Both the position numbers and the translations under genes were made by a program. From assembly GCA_964398295.1 (NCBI GenBank), contig CAYNMW010000001.1, positions 13,490 through 77,489 on the forward strand: a DNA stretch of 64,000 nucleotides, written 5' to 3'. Every line of letters starts with the position of its first letter. The stretch's first letter is position 1. The stretch comes from an uncultured Saprospiraceae bacterium. GTDB lineage: Bacteria; Bacteroidota; Bacteroidia; Chitinophagales; Saprospiraceae. This document shows positions 26,958 through 37,536 of this stretch, piece after piece. The notes under the pieces were generated by a model. That model searched no databases. It was given only the letters and a program-made list of their open reading frames with translations, and was not told the DNA's origin.

Positions 26958-29795
26958 TTGCACATGCCAAAAACCGCCCAAGAGTATATTGAGATTATCG
27001 GTGCAAAAGAGAACAATCTCAAAGACGTCTCTCTAAGAATTCCTAGGAACCAGCTGGTTGTCATCACTGGTATCAGCGGTAGTGGTAAATCATCACTGGC
27101 ATTTGATACCATTTATGCAGAAGGGCAGCGCCGTTATGTGGAAACATTCTCAGCCTATGCGCGCCAATTTCTTGGTAAAATGGATCGTCCTGAAGTCGAG
27201 CAAATCACTGGCTTGAGCCCCGTCATTTCTATCGAACAAAAAACTACAGGATGGAATCCGCGATCAACGGTAGGCACAACCACTGAATTGTATGATTTCC
27301 TTCGACTGCTCTTTGCACGAGCGAGTGATGCCTATAGTTTGGCTACTGGGAAGAAGATGGTAAAGTTTACCGAAGAGCAACTTATCCAGCACATTCTGAA
27401 GACATTCAAAAAGAGAAAGGTAATTATCCTGGCTCCACTTGTGAGATCTAGAAAAGGGCATTATCGAGAGTTGTTTGAGCAGACAAGAAAGAAAGGATAT
27501 ACTAAGGTCAGAGTTGATGGTGAGATCATGGATCTTAGACCAGGACTTAAAGTAGATCGATATAAAGTCCATGATATTGAAGTTGTCGTTGATAGGATAA
27601 AAGTGATTGCAGATAAACGTGAACGACTTGCAGCATCAATTGATACAGCAATGCGACTAGGCAATGATCTGATGATGCTGATCGATGTGGATGAAGACGT
27701 GTTGTATCCATTTAGCAAAAAGCTCATGTGTCCGGATACTGGTATCTCTTATGAAATCCCATCACCAAATAGCTTCTCATTCAATTCACCTTATGGGACC
27801 TGTCAATCTTGTAAAGGTCTTGGCAAATCTCATGATGTGGATATGAATAAGGTGATGCCAGATAAATCAAAAAGCATCAACGATGTAGGTATCGCCCCTT
27901 TTGGAGAAGTAAGAGATAATTCTACCTTCAAACAATTACGCGCAATTGCCAAAAAATATAAATTCACTTTCTCTACGCCCATTAAGAAAATTCCAAAAGA
28001 AGCATTGGAATTGATCTTGTATGGCGGCGGTGACAGTGTATCCAGTACAAGTAAATATGCCGTTCATGATTACGTCTATGATCTTGCAGATGCAGGAATA
28101 CTCAACATGTTGTCTCACTGGTACCGCAATTCTTCATCAGACAGAATCAGACGGTGGGCAGAGGAGTTTATGACAGTGATCACCTGTCCCGATTGTGAAG
28201 GTTATCGATTGCGCACAGAATCGTTGCATTTTAAAATTGATGACAAGCACATCGGTCAGTTGGCACAAATGGATTTAGATGTTTTGCAAGATTGGTTGAA
28301 AGGATTAGAAAAAAGGATGTCCAAAAAACAAGCCATCATTGCAGCTGAAGTATTGAAGGAAATCAGATTGCGTCTTGATTTTTTATTGGAAGTTGGATTA
28401 GATTATTTAAGTCTTAATCGTCCTTCCAGAACCTTGTCAGGAGGAGAAGCGCAACGAACGAGGTTAGCAACACAAATAGGTTCTCAATTGACTGGGATCA
28501 CCTATATCATGGACGAACCTAGTATTGGACTCCATCAGCGTGACAACCACAAATTGATTGAGTCACTAAAGAATCTATCAAAGATCGGGAATACAGTCAT
28601 TGTTGTTGAGCACGATAAAGATATAATGCTTGCCTCTGATCATTTGATTGATCTTGGTCCAGGCGCAGGTAAACATGGAGGAGAATTGGTTAATGAAGGA
28701 AAACCCTCATCATTTAAAAAAACAAAGGGTTTAACTGCCTCTTATCTCGGCAATAAAATAAGGATAGAGATTCCCAAAAAACGACGAAAAGGCAATAAGA
28801 AAAAGCTAGTCTTGAAAGGGGCGACAGGGCATAATTTGAAAAATGTAGACCTAGAAATACCGCTTGGCACCTTTACTTGTGTAACGGGTGTATCAGGTAG
28901 TGGCAAATCTTCATTGATCAATCAAACCTTATATCCCATCCTTCGACAACACTTTTATAAGAGTGTCCAAAAACCACTTCCTTATAAGGAAATTAAAGGA
29001 TTGGAACACGTTGACAAGGTTATTGAAATTGACCAATCTCCAATAGGACGTACACCTCGATCTAATCCTGCAACATATACAGGAATGTTTACTCCTATAC
29101 GCAAATTATTTACAGACATTCCAGAATCAAAAATCAGAGGATATAAGATGGGGCGTTTTTCCTTTAATGTCAAAGGTGGACGATGCGAGACTTGTCAAGG
29201 TGGTGGACAAAGAGTCATTGAAATGAATTTTCTGCCAGACGTATATGTGGAATGCGAAACATGTTTGGGAAAGAGATACAATCGCGAAACCTTAGAAATT
29301 TTATTCAAAGGAAAATCTATTTCTGATGTCCTAGAATTAACCGTTGAAGAAGGCGTAGAATTCTTTAAAGCAATTCCATCCATTTATCGAAAATTAAAGA
29401 CGCTTAATGATGTCGGACTTGGCTATATTACCTTAGGACAACAGGCGACAACCTTATCTGGCGGCGAAGCACAACGCGTAAAATTAGCCGAAGAACTATC
29501 CAAAAAAGACACAGGGAATACCTTGTATATTCTTGACGAACCGACAACGGGTTTGCATTTTGAAGACGTCAATCACTTGATACATGTGCTCAATCGATTA
29601 ACCGATAAAGGCAATACCATTATTGTGATTGAGCACAACCTGGACATCATTAAAGTTGCTGACCATATCATTGATATTGGACCAGAAGGCGGCACAAGAG
29701 GAGGTAAGATTATCGCTACAGGAACGCCTGAAACAATAGCTAAGAAAAAGAAAAGCTACACAGGGTACTATTTGAAGAGTGAGTTGAAGGGTTGA
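26958..29795 (+). CDS. uvrA: Excinuclease ABC subunit A
   Basis: 945 aa with two ABC ATPase modules (GISGSGKSSLAFDTIYAEGQRRY, GVSGSGKSSL, two LSGGEAQR signatures) and zinc-finger Cys pairs. The track start at 26958 is TTG. The ATG at 26964 (MPKTAQEY...) is the more likely start. Confidence 0.97.
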   Translation: MHMPKTAQEYIEIIGAKENNLKDVSLRIPRNQLVVITGISGSGKSSLAFDTIYAEGQRRYVETFSAYARQFLGKMDRPEVEQITGLSPVISIEQKTTGWNPRSTVGTTTELYDFLRLLFARASDAYSLATGKKMVKFTEEQLIQHILKTFKKRKVIILAPLVRSRKGHYRELFEQTRKKGYTKVRVDGEIMDLRPGLKVDRYKVHDIEVVVDRIKVIADKRERLAASIDTAMRLGNDLMMLIDVDEDVLYPFSKKLMCPDTGISYEIPSPNSFSFNSPYGTCQSCKGLGKSHDVDMNKVMPDKSKSINDVGIAPFGEVRDNSTFKQLRAIAKKYKFTFSTPIKKIPKEALELILYGGGDSVSSTSKYAVHDYVYDLADAGILNMLSHWYRNSSSDRIRRWAEEFMTVITCPDCEGYRLRTESLHFKIDDKHIGQLAQMDLDVLQDWLKGLEKRMSKKQAIIAAEVLKEIRLRLDFLLEVGLDYLSLNRPSRTLSGGEAQRTRLATQIGSQLTGITYIMDEPSIGLHQRDNHKLIESLKNLSKIGNTVIVVEHDKDIMLASDHLIDLGPGAGKHGGELVNEGKPSSFKKTKGLTASYLGNKIRIEIPKKRRKGNKKKLVLKGATGHNLKNVDLEIPLGTFTCVTGVSGSGKSSLINQTLYPILRQHFYKSVQKPLPYKEIKGLEHVDKVIEIDQSPIGRTPRSNPATYTGMFTPIRKLFTDIPESKIRGYKMGRFSFNVKGGRCETCQGGGQRVIEMNFLPDVYVECETCLGKRYNRETLEILFKGKSISDVLELTVEEGVEFFKAIPSIYRKLKTLNDVGLGYITLGQQATTLSGGEAQRVKLAEELSKKDTGNTLYILDEPTTGLHFEDVNHLIHVLNRLTDKGNTIIVIEHNLDIIKVADHIIDIGPEGGTRGGKIIATGTPETIAKKKKSYTGYYLKSELKG

Positions 29796-29931
29796 TGCTG
29801 CAAAGAGCTGAAACACCTTTTCTCAGGAGAATACTTGAGTTTAAGGTCTCTGATCTCCTGAGTTTAGAATCGAATTACTTGTTAAGGTTATATTATGAGT
29901 CAAAGGTCTCCGACCTCTTGGCAGCAACACA
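29796..29931. repeat. Family-1 intergenic repeat: two inverted, partly degenerate copies filling the convergent uvrA / 29932 intergenic gap
   Basis: TGCTGCAAAGAGCTGAAACACCTTTTCTCAGG starts one nt after the uvrA TGA. The reverse complement of 29899-29931 reads TGTTGCTGCCAAGAGGTCGGAGACCTTTGACTC. Confidence 0.65.
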
Positions 29932-30297
29932 TTACACCGGATAAAAAAACTGCTCCGAAACAATCTTCCCATCTTCAACACGGTACATACACATTTCAGG
30001 ATTTTTCATTCTTGGTGCTCCTTTCATGGTGATATCCATAACCATAGAGCAAGAAAAGTGATTTCCTGCCACAATAGGATCGCTAACTTCCATGCCATGT
30101 ACTTCTTCTACCATTGAATTCCATAGCTCACCTTTCTTTTGAATGGCTTCCATTCCCTCCACTCTTTCTGGGAATCCTTCTGCGCCTGGCATTTCAATGC
30201 TCACCGCATTTGGAGAGTATAATTCACCCATTGCTTTTTCCCAATCGCCAGCTCGGCAATACTCGACTAATTTGTTTGCTACTTCTTGAGTTGTCAT
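29932..30297 (-). CDS. SnoaL-like / NTF2-fold protein
   Basis: 121 aa. MTTQEVANKLVEYCRAGDWEKAMGELYSPNAVSIE is a typical SnoaL-like N-terminus. Confidence 0.6.
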   Translation of the reverse strand: MTTQEVANKLVEYCRAGDWEKAMGELYSPNAVSIEMPGAEGFPERVEGMEAIQKKGELWNSMVEEVHGMEVSDPIVAGNHFSCSMVMDITMKGAPRMKNPEMCMYRVEDGKIVSEQFFYPV

Positions 30298-30366
30298 GTT
30301 ATCTTTTTTATAGTTTGAGAATTAGATTTCAAATAACACAGTTAAGATATTAAAAATAAAACTTGA

Positions 30367-30708
30367 TTATAAGTTTGTGACTCGCTTATATGGGATTTGA
30401 CCAACTTTAATTTCATCCTTTGATATTATTGTAATGACCTTGTCCAGGCCGGCACCTTCGCAGTTCATATGGGCTTCACCAGTTTCACAATTCATTATCT
30501 GATACCCGCAGTCCATGTCATTATAGTCTAATCCTCGTATGATAATTGACCCGGATCTACCACCAGTAAATCTCCATTTTCCTTCCATTATGTTAGATTC
30601 AAAATAACCATTTAGTGTCTCATCATATCTATCACAAATATCTGGTTCTGATTTACAGGAAAATAAACTGGCAACGATGAAAAATATATATACATGTATT
30701 GTTTTCAT
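30367..30708 (-). CDS. Small lipoprotein, function unknown
   Basis: 113 aa with lipobox signal MKTIHVYIFFIVASLFSC. Its start overlaps the stop of the mscS-like gene by 4 nt. Confidence 0.55.
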   Translation of the reverse strand: MKTIHVYIFFIVASLFSCKSEPDICDRYDETLNGYFESNIMEGKWRFTGGRSGSIIIRGLDYNDMDCGYQIMNCETGEAHMNCEGAGLDKVITIISKDEIKVGQIPYKRVTNL

Positions 30709-32039
30709 TCACTTTGTTTCTTTGTCCAAACCACTCGTTGAGGGAATGGTATTTCAATATTGTTTTCTCTGAATAATCTATCTATTTCAAAACGAATATC
30801 GCTTTTGATATCATTTATCACCAACAAATTTTTACTAAAAAAATATAATTCAAAATCTAGAGAAGAGTCACCAAAACCTGCAAACCGTACAAATGGTGCT
30901 GGATAATCAAGAATGTAAGGATTGGTTTTGACGGATTTTAGAAGGATCTTTTTCACTTCACTAGTATCCGTTCCATAAGCAACGCCTATGTTTATATTAA
31001 ATCTTACTCTATTGTTGCTATGGGTGAGATTGTCGACTTTGTTTGTTGCAATCTGAGAATTTGGTACGATCAAACTGACATTTCCTAATGTTTCCAATAG
31101 GGTTGTTCTCAGTCCAATTTTCTTTACGGTTCCAAATGTTCCATTCTGTAATTGGAGAACGTCACCTACTGAAACTGATCGTTCGAATAGTAGAAGAATA
31201 CCAGAAAACAAGTCATTGAATGTTTGTTGCAGTCCGAGACCTAAGCCAACAAGAAGCGCTGCTGCTCCACCCCAGATTAAGGTCATATTAAACCCTAAAT
31301 AATTCAATGCGATGATACCAGCGATCACATAAATGACATAACTAATGAGTTGATTCAATGCAAATTGAGCACCTCTATCAATATTATTACTTTGGTAAAT
31401 CCCAACGAGAATGAGTTGAGTAAGCAATCCAATAATGACTCTTGCGAGCAAAATGATCAGGATTGCAGATATAATATTGGTTAACTTAAATTCAAAACTA
31501 TTGCCACCATATTGTGTGTTAAAAAGAGTGGGATCAAGATTGAAATTTCGCAACAGAAGAAATAGAGTAAACAAGTAAATAATCCACTGTACCCGCCTGG
31601 TCATTTTGAGCTCGCTCGGACGGTTTTCTATTGTTTCATTGGAGCTGTCTTGCTTGGAATAATAGCTGTGTACAAACAAATTGGAAATCACCCAATCGAT
31701 GATGCGAGCAGACTGTAGGATAAGCAAACCACCAATAATAAGTGCAACATTGAAATTGATGTTCTCCGTTGTAAAGAAACTGAAATTTAAGCCGAATAGA
31801 TATACGGCAATTAGTAATATGACGAGGAAAAGAAATAACCGAAGGTATTTATAGAAAGTTCGTACTTCGTGTTTCTCAATTTCACTGTCTTCCAGAAATT
31901 GTCTGAAAATTTTTCGTTTGGTCAAGCTATAGATCAATAGTATTGCTACAGCGATCAGTATCACAGAAACAACAGAACCCAATGAAACTGAATGTTCTCC
32001 GATGGTGAATAGAATTTGTTGAAAAAATTCTCTGATCAT
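30705..32039 (-). CDS. Mechanosensitive ion channel (MscS family)
   Basis: 444 aa with multiple N-terminal TM helices. The MscS core is FERSVSVGDVLQLQNGTFGTVKKIGLRTTLLETLGNVSLIVPNSQI. Confidence 0.85.
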   Translation of the reverse strand: MIREFFQQILFTIGEHSVSLGSVVSVILIAVAILLIYSLTKRKIFRQFLEDSEIEKHEVRTFYKYLRLFLFLVILLIAVYLFGLNFSFFTTENINFNVALIIGGLLILQSARIIDWVISNLFVHSYYSKQDSSNETIENRPSELKMTRRVQWIIYLFTLFLLLRNFNLDPTLFNTQYGGNSFEFKLTNIISAILIILLARVIIGLLTQLILVGIYQSNNIDRGAQFALNQLISYVIYVIAGIIALNYLGFNMTLIWGGAAALLVGLGLGLQQTFNDLFSGILLLFERSVSVGDVLQLQNGTFGTVKKIGLRTTLLETLGNVSLIVPNSQIATNKVDNLTHSNNRVRFNINIGVAYGTDTSEVKKILLKSVKTNPYILDYPAPFVRFAGFGDSSLDFELYFFSKNLLVINDIKSDIRFEIDRLFRENNIEIPFPQRVVWTKKQSE

Positions 32040-32070
32040 GATTCAAAGATACATTAGAAGCATGTAAGGT

Positions 32071-32697
32071 TTACATCTGAACGTATACAATTGACTTTTC
32101 TTCAAAGAATGTTTCTGTAAAGTAGTTTGAGATTGATACCTGTTCAATATAATATTGTCTTGGCACAGCCTTGAGTTCTGCTTTTAGATTCCCGCCCTTC
32201 AAACAAATCATGCCATTTGGCAAACCGTTTTTATGTTTTTCTACAATTAAGTTTTTTGACCATGATATCAATTTAGGCAATTGTGCTACAGCCCTAACCA
32301 CAATGAAATCTGCTTTTTCTTTAACTTCTTCAACTCTACTATGGCTAGTTTTGATGTTTGTCAAGCCGATCTGCTCTGCTATTGCATCTGCTACAGTTAA
32401 TTTTTTCCGAATGCTATCGACTAGATGAAACTTGACTTCTGGAAAATAAATAGCGAGTGGTATGCTTGGAAAACCACCACCACATCCTAAGTCTAATACT
32501 TGAGTACCGTTTACAAAGGAGGTATATTTTGCGACTGCGAGAGAGTGAAGCACATGCCGTACATAGAGATTATCGATATCCTTGCGGGAAATGACATTTA
32601 TCTTGTCATTCCAGTCTTTATATAAATCCTGAAGTTGACTGAATTGTTCAACCTGGGTATCTGACATATCCGGAAAATACCGGAGAATCTCAAGCAT
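32071..32697 (-). CDS. rsmG: 16S rRNA (guanine527-N7)-methyltransferase
   Basis: 208 aa with the SAM motif VLDLGCGGGFPSIPLAI and overall GidB layout. Confidence 0.9.
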   Translation of the reverse strand: MLEILRYFPDMSDTQVEQFSQLQDLYKDWNDKINVISRKDIDNLYVRHVLHSLAVAKYTSFVNGTQVLDLGCGGGFPSIPLAIYFPEVKFHLVDSIRKKLTVADAIAEQIGLTNIKTSHSRVEEVKEKADFIVVRAVAQLPKLISWSKNLIVEKHKNGLPNGMICLKGGNLKAELKAVPRQYYIEQVSISNYFTETFFEEKSIVYVQM

Positions 32698-32722
32698 TAG
32701 ATTACACTAATTGTGTTAAAAA

Positions 32723-34783
32723 TTAGACTAAGTCGGTTGGCTCTTCTTCTACATTAGTTTTATCAGAACTATCTGTGGTATTAGAAGAATTCGTCGCATC
32801 AATTCTGGATGATGGATCTGAGTCATCTGATTTAGATTCAGCAATTGCATTTTCGTGCCCGTCAACTCGAAGGTCTTGTGAATCTGCATATGGTCTTGGT
32901 CCAATCAGTTTTTCGACTTGTGATTTGAGCAACACTTCTTTCTCTAACAATTCTTGTGCAAGAATGTGGAGTTCGTTATTGTACTTCTTCAACAAAGCCT
33001 GAGCTCTGTCATATTCTTTATCAAGTAGTTTTCTGACTTCACCATCAATTAATGTTGCAGTCTCATCAGAATACGGACGTTGATAAGCTTCCTGTTGCAT
33101 GCCATAAAAAGATACGTTACCTACCTTGTCGTTCATACCATACACAGACACCATTCCATATGCCATCTTTGTTACTTGATCAAGGTCGTTTTGTGCACCA
33201 GTCGATATTTTATCGAAGATGATTTTTTCTGCAGCACGACCACCTAGTGTCATACATATCCGATCCAATAATGCTTCTGTTCTTGTGATGTATTCTTCTT
33301 TTGGCAGATATTGAGCATAACCAAGAGTACCTATTCCTCTGGGTACGATTGTCACTTTGACAAGTGGTGATGCATGTTCGAGATACCAACCACAAATTGC
33401 ATGACCAGCTTCATGGTAAGCAATGATTTCTTTTTCTTTTGGAGAGATCAGTTTGTTTTTCTTTTCTAGACCCCCAATAACACGATCAAGTGCATAGTTG
33501 AAGTCTTCCATGTCGATGGCTTTCTTACCATGTCTTGCAGCTACTAGTGCTGCTTCATTACAAACGTTTGCAATTTCTGCTCCAGCAAATCCGGGTGTCA
33601 TTTCTGCCAATGTTGCAGGATTGATTGATTTGCTGATTTTTATATTCTTGAGATGAACCTTAAAGATTGCTTCTCTTCCTTTTAGATCTGGGCGATCAAT
33701 TCCAATCTGTCGATCAAATCTTCCAGGTCTTAGTAAGGCTGTATCCAATACATCAGGGCGGTTAGTAGCAGCCATCAAAATGACCCCTTTATCCGTACTA
33801 AATCCATCCATCTCTACCAATAGTTGGTTTAGTGTATTCTCCCTTTCGTCATTACCGCCTTGCATAGCACCTCTTCCTCTTGCTCTACCAATGGCGTCAA
33901 TTTCATCAATGAATACAATACAAGGTGCTTTTTCTCTTGCCTGCTTAAATAAGTCTCTTACTCTGGATGCACCTACACCAACAAACATTTCCACAAAATC
34001 AGATCCAGATATAGAGAAGAAGGGGACACCTGCTTCTCCAGCAACAGCCTTGGCTAATAATGTTTTACCTGTACCTGGAGGGCCTACGAGCAGAACTCCT
34101 TTCGGAATTTTGCCTCCCAGAGAAGTATATTTTTTAGGATTCTTTAGAAAGTCAACAACTTCCATGACTTCTTCTTTCGCCTCATCTAATCCTGCGACAT
34201 CTTTGAAGGTGACATTTACTTTGGCGTTGTTGTCAAATAGTGTTGCTTTTGATTTACCAATATTGAAAATCTGAGCACCTGGACCTCCTGACCCAGTAGC
34301 CACTCTACGCATTATAAACAACCAAAGACCAATGATTAGTAAAAATGGTATTACCCAATTCAAAATTGGTCCTAGCCAATTTGTTTGTGTTTCCCATTTA
34401 GGTATGACTGGGTGACCGCTATCCTTTAGTTCTTTTAATCTATCATTGAAATAATCAGCAGGAGGAACTTCAAATGTATATTGTGGGTGCAGGGTACTGT
34501 ATTTGTGCTTTTTTAAATCTTCGTACCGACTGCTATTGAGAGCATCTTCAGTCAAAAAAACCTGAGCAGTTTTTTCATTGATGATCACCAATTTTTCTAA
34601 ATCGCCTTCTTGGACAATCGCTTCAAACTTTTGAACATCGATTATTTCCGTTTGACTTTCAAGATGTAAATACAGATTAAGTGCCAAAATAAATAGGATG
34701 ATGGCACCATATATCCAGTATGAGTTAAAATTTATTTTGCGTGGATCATTTCCACCTTCATTCTTTGTTTTCTTATCAGACAT
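32723..34783 (-). CDS. ftsH: ATP-dependent zinc metalloprotease FtsH
   Basis: 686 aa with two TM helices. The AAA+ Walker A is [18 protein letters not shown] and the second region of homology is present. The zinc site is HEAGHAI. Confidence 0.97.
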   Translation of the reverse strand: MSDKKTKNEGGNDPRKINFNSYWIYGAIILFILALNLYLHLESQTEIIDVQKFEAIVQEGDLEKLVIINEKTAQVFLTEDALNSSRYEDLKKHKYSTLHPQYTFEVPPADYFNDRLKELKDSGHPVIPKWETQTNWLGPILNWVIPFLLIIGLWLFIMRRVATGSGGPGAQIFNIGKSKATLFDNNAKVNVTFKDVAGLDEAKEEVMEVVDFLKNPKKYTSLGGKIPKGVLLVGPPGTGKTLLAKAVAGEAGVPFFSISGSDFVEMFVGVGASRVRDLFKQAREKAPCIVFIDEIDAIGRARGRGAMQGGNDERENTLNQLLVEMDGFSTDKGVILMAATNRPDVLDTALLRPGRFDRQIGIDRPDLKGREAIFKVHLKNIKISKSINPATLAEMTPGFAGAEIANVCNEAALVAARHGKKAIDMEDFNYALDRVIGGLEKKNKLISPKEKEIIAYHEAGHAICGWYLEHASPLVKVTIVPRGIGTLGYAQYLPKEEYITRTEALLDRICMTLGGRAAEKIIFDKISTGAQNDLDQVTKMAYGMVSVYGMNDKVGNVSFYGMQQEAYQRPYSDETATLIDGEVRKLLDKEYDRAQALLKKYNNELHILAQELLEKEVLLKSQVEKLIGPRPYADSQDLRVDGHENAIAESKSDDSDPSSRIDATNSSNTTDSSDKTNVEEEPTDLV

Positions 34784-34838
34784 AGTATCGTCTTTTGTCC
34801 ATTAACAATTTTGAATACGAATCAGTTTGTTAAGAAGA

Positions 34839-35228
34839 CTATAAATCTTCAAACGCAGTATATTTAGCATCACTCCACAAATCCTCTATATTATAATAAG
34901 AACGTTTTTCAGGGTGGAAAATGTGAACGACGACATCAAAGAAATCTACCAATATCCATTGAGCACCTTCGATTCCCTCAACATGATTTGGAAACAACCC
35001 ATATTCCTCTTTAAGACGCTTGCAGATGTTGTTAGAAATTGCTTTAACTTGAGTTGTTGACTCCCCTTCACAAACGATAAAGTAATCTGATGAGGCTTCT
35101 TCAATTTCGGTCAAATCTAGCTTGACTATTTTTTTTCCTTTTATGTCTTGGATACAATCTACTATTACATCGTTTAACTCGGAAGTTTGTATTGACTTTA
35201 AATTAAGACCCGCCTTTGCTATACTCAA
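34839..35228 (-). CDS. rsfS: Ribosome silencing factor RsfS
   Basis: 129 aa (TTG start) with DYFIVCEGESTTQVKAI and WILVDFFDVVVHIFHPEKRSYYNIEDLW. Confidence 0.9.
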   Translation of the reverse strand: MSIAKAGLNLKSIQTSELNDVIVDCIQDIKGKKIVKLDLTEIEEASSDYFIVCEGESTTQVKAISNNICKRLKEEYGLFPNHVEGIEGAQWILVDFFDVVVHIFHPEKRSYYNIEDLWSDAKYTAFEDL

Positions 35229-35273
35229 ATTAGACCGTATTTTTATTTTTTCAAAGTTAAGTAAAATATACGA

Positions 35274-36035
35274 GTGATATTGCTAAGTGCTGTAATCATC
35301 GGCATCCCGACCATAGAGTTGGATGAAGTCGATTCAACAAATGATTTTGCCTCTAGAATGTTAGAAGATAAAGACCCCGTTCGTGACGGAACAGTCATTT
35401 GGGCTAATCACCAAACCAATGGGCGTGGACAATTTGATGCTAAATGGTTGACAAACAAAGCGGAGAATTTGACTATGTCCATCATTCTGAAACCAAGCAA
35501 CTTACACATTAAGAAACAGTTCTATTTAACCATAATTAGCTCATTATCTATTCTGTTTCTGTTGAAATTGTATGGTATTAAAGCTTCAATAAAGTGGCCA
35601 AATGATTGTTATGTAGGGAGAAAGAAGATAGCCGGCATTCTGATTCAAAACTCTATTATTGGCCATAGCATTCGATCAAGTATCGTAGGAATTGGTTTGA
35701 ATGTTAATCAGAAGAAATTTCACTCTTCTGTTCCAAATGCCACATCATTTCTATTGGAATCAAGCAAAGACCATTCAATATTAGATATACGTCAGCAATT
35801 ATTTGATTGTTTCGAATCTTATTATTTGGATTTGCAAAATGGTAATCTTGAGTCGCTTATGAGCGATTACCTTACTTCTTTATATCAAAAGGATGTTGTC
35901 AGCACCTATGAATCTCATGATGGAAAGCAATTTGGAGGGATCATCAGAGATGTTGATGAATCTGGTTTACTTCACATAGAACTTGAAGATTCTACTATCA
36001 GAGCATTTTCTTTAAAAGAGATTCGTTTTCTTTAA
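35274..36035 (+). CDS. birA: Biotin--[acetyl-CoA-carboxylase] ligase (class I, no HTH domain)
   Basis: 253 aa (GTG start) with DSTNDF, QTNGRGQFDAKW and KWPNDCYVGRKKIAGILIQ. Confidence 0.85.
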   Translation: MILLSAVIIGIPTIELDEVDSTNDFASRMLEDKDPVRDGTVIWANHQTNGRGQFDAKWLTNKAENLTMSIILKPSNLHIKKQFYLTIISSLSILFLLKLYGIKASIKWPNDCYVGRKKIAGILIQNSIIGHSIRSSIVGIGLNVNQKKFHSSVPNATSFLLESSKDHSILDIRQQLFDCFESYYLDLQNGNLESLMSDYLTSLYQKDVVSTYESHDGKQFGGIIRDVDESGLLHIELEDSTIRAFSLKEIRFL

Positions 36036-36053
36036 TATCAAATTTAACCACCA

Positions 36054-37295
36054 ATGAAAGCAAGCATTTTGACAATAGGGGATGAGATACTGATTGGTCA
36101 AATTATAGATACCAATTCGGCTTGGATTGGACAGCAATTAAATGCCATTGGGGTTGAGCTGTTTGCTAGTTACTCTGTACAGGATACATTGCCTTCTATT
36201 CTTGAAGGCCTTACCAATGCTGCTCGCTCAGCTGACATTGTGCTACTCACAGGAGGTCTTGGACCCACACATGACGATTTGACCTGCGAGGCATTAGCTG
36301 CGTATTTTGAAGTTGAGTTAACATTTGACAATACCTTGTGGGAAAGAATCCAACGCTTGTTTGTAGAAAGAGGAAGACAACCGACAGATCTACATAAACA
36401 GCAATGTTATTTACCATCGAATGCAAAGACACTTCGTAACAATATGGGCACTGCACCTGGTATGTTGTTTGAGAAAGAGGGTAAGCGATATATTTCTATG
36501 CCTGGTGTTCCATATGAAATGAAGTACATTATGGAAACGCACGTTTTGCCTCTACTTCAAAATGAGTCATCGATTCAGATCTTTCACAAGACGATCATGA
36601 CAGCGGGCAAAGGAGAATCAGTGATTAGTAAACAGATAGAAGACATTAGCCAATCCATTCCAGCCCATATCAAATTAGCTTATTTACCTAATTTATCTCG
36701 TGTCCGCGTGCGGTTGTCAAGTGTGAGTGCAGATAATACTGATGCGCAAATTGAACTAAATAAAATTGCAGATCAAATTACGGAACGACTGGGTGAGCTT
36801 GTTTATGGATATGATGATATTTCATTTGAAAAAGTGTTGGGACAAATGTGTATAGACAAACAATTACTTCTGGCATCAGCGGAAAGCTGTACAGGTGGAT
36901 TGATTGCGCATCAACTTGTATCTATTCCCGGATCATCAGCCTACTATACTGGTTCCATCATAGCATATAGTTATGAACTAAAGAATTCGCTTCTCGGTGT
37001 ATCTGATGACTTGCTAAATACGAAAGGTGCAGTAAGTGAGGAAGTAGTCATTGAGATGTTGTCCGGTTTATTGAAATCAACAAATGCGGATATTGGCATT
37101 GCTGTTTCTGGAATTGCAGGACCTGGAGGTGGGACTGAGACGAAACCCGTTGGTACGGTTTGGATCGCTGTGGGCAATAAGGAAAAACAACATACTGAGA
37201 AAATATTAATTGGGAGAGACCGTGACATTAATATTCGCTATTCTGCTAATTATGGTTTGAATATGATTCGGTTGTTTATTCAACAAGAGTATTAA
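36054..37295 (+). CDS. cinA: CinA-family competence/damage-inducible protein (MoCF-binding N-domain plus NMN amidohydrolase C-domain)
   Basis: 413 aa beginning MKASILTIGDEILIGQIIDTNSAWI, with TGGLGPTHDDLT. The C-terminal PncC-like segment is AESCTGGLIAHQLVSIPGSS. Confidence 0.9.
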   Translation: MKASILTIGDEILIGQIIDTNSAWIGQQLNAIGVELFASYSVQDTLPSILEGLTNAARSADIVLLTGGLGPTHDDLTCEALAAYFEVELTFDNTLWERIQRLFVERGRQPTDLHKQQCYLPSNAKTLRNNMGTAPGMLFEKEGKRYISMPGVPYEMKYIMETHVLPLLQNESSIQIFHKTIMTAGKGESVISKQIEDISQSIPAHIKLAYLPNLSRVRVRLSSVSADNTDAQIELNKIADQITERLGELVYGYDDISFEKVLGQMCIDKQLLLASAESCTGGLIAHQLVSIPGSSAYYTGSIIAYSYELKNSLLGVSDDLLNTKGAVSEEVVIEMLSGLLKSTNADIGIAVSGIAGPGGGTETKPVGTVWIAVGNKEKQHTEKILIGRDRDINIRYSANYGLNMIRLFIQQEY

Positions 37296-37298
37296 AAA

Positions 37299-37328
37299 AA
37301 TAAGACACTTCCTTTGAAGTGCCTTATT
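37299..37328 (-). terminator. Intrinsic terminator whose canonical orientation is the minus strand
   Basis: It has a 13-bp stem. On the minus-strand RNA every position pairs (one G-U) and the stem is followed by a T-run of at least 5 (plus-strand A7 at 37294-37300). On the plus-strand RNA the same position is an A-C mismatch and no T-run follows. Confidence 0.6.
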
Positions 37329-37536
37329 CCTATATAAATCTATTACTGTTCAAAACAACTGGCCGTCTTAACGAGCTGGCCTTCAACAGTGAAGTTCGCA
37401 AACCATGGGTCATCCTGCTTAGCAGATATTCCACCTAGGTTATTAAAATACTTTCTCTCGATAGTAAGTTTCTTTTTCTTTATTTTTATACACAGGAATT
37501 AATCAAGATACTTCCATTCAAAACCACAGTATCATC

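Noticed and set aside
26942-26960. Two near-consensus -7 boxes (TATATTTT, CATATTTG) abutting the uvrA start, implying a nearly leaderless mRNA
   Set aside because: Neither is an exact TAnnTTTG match. The second overlaps the alternative TTG start. This is too speculative without transcription start mapping.
33780-34274. 164-aa plus-strand ORF
   Set aside because: It is entirely antisense to the AAA+ core of ftsH and has no motifs.
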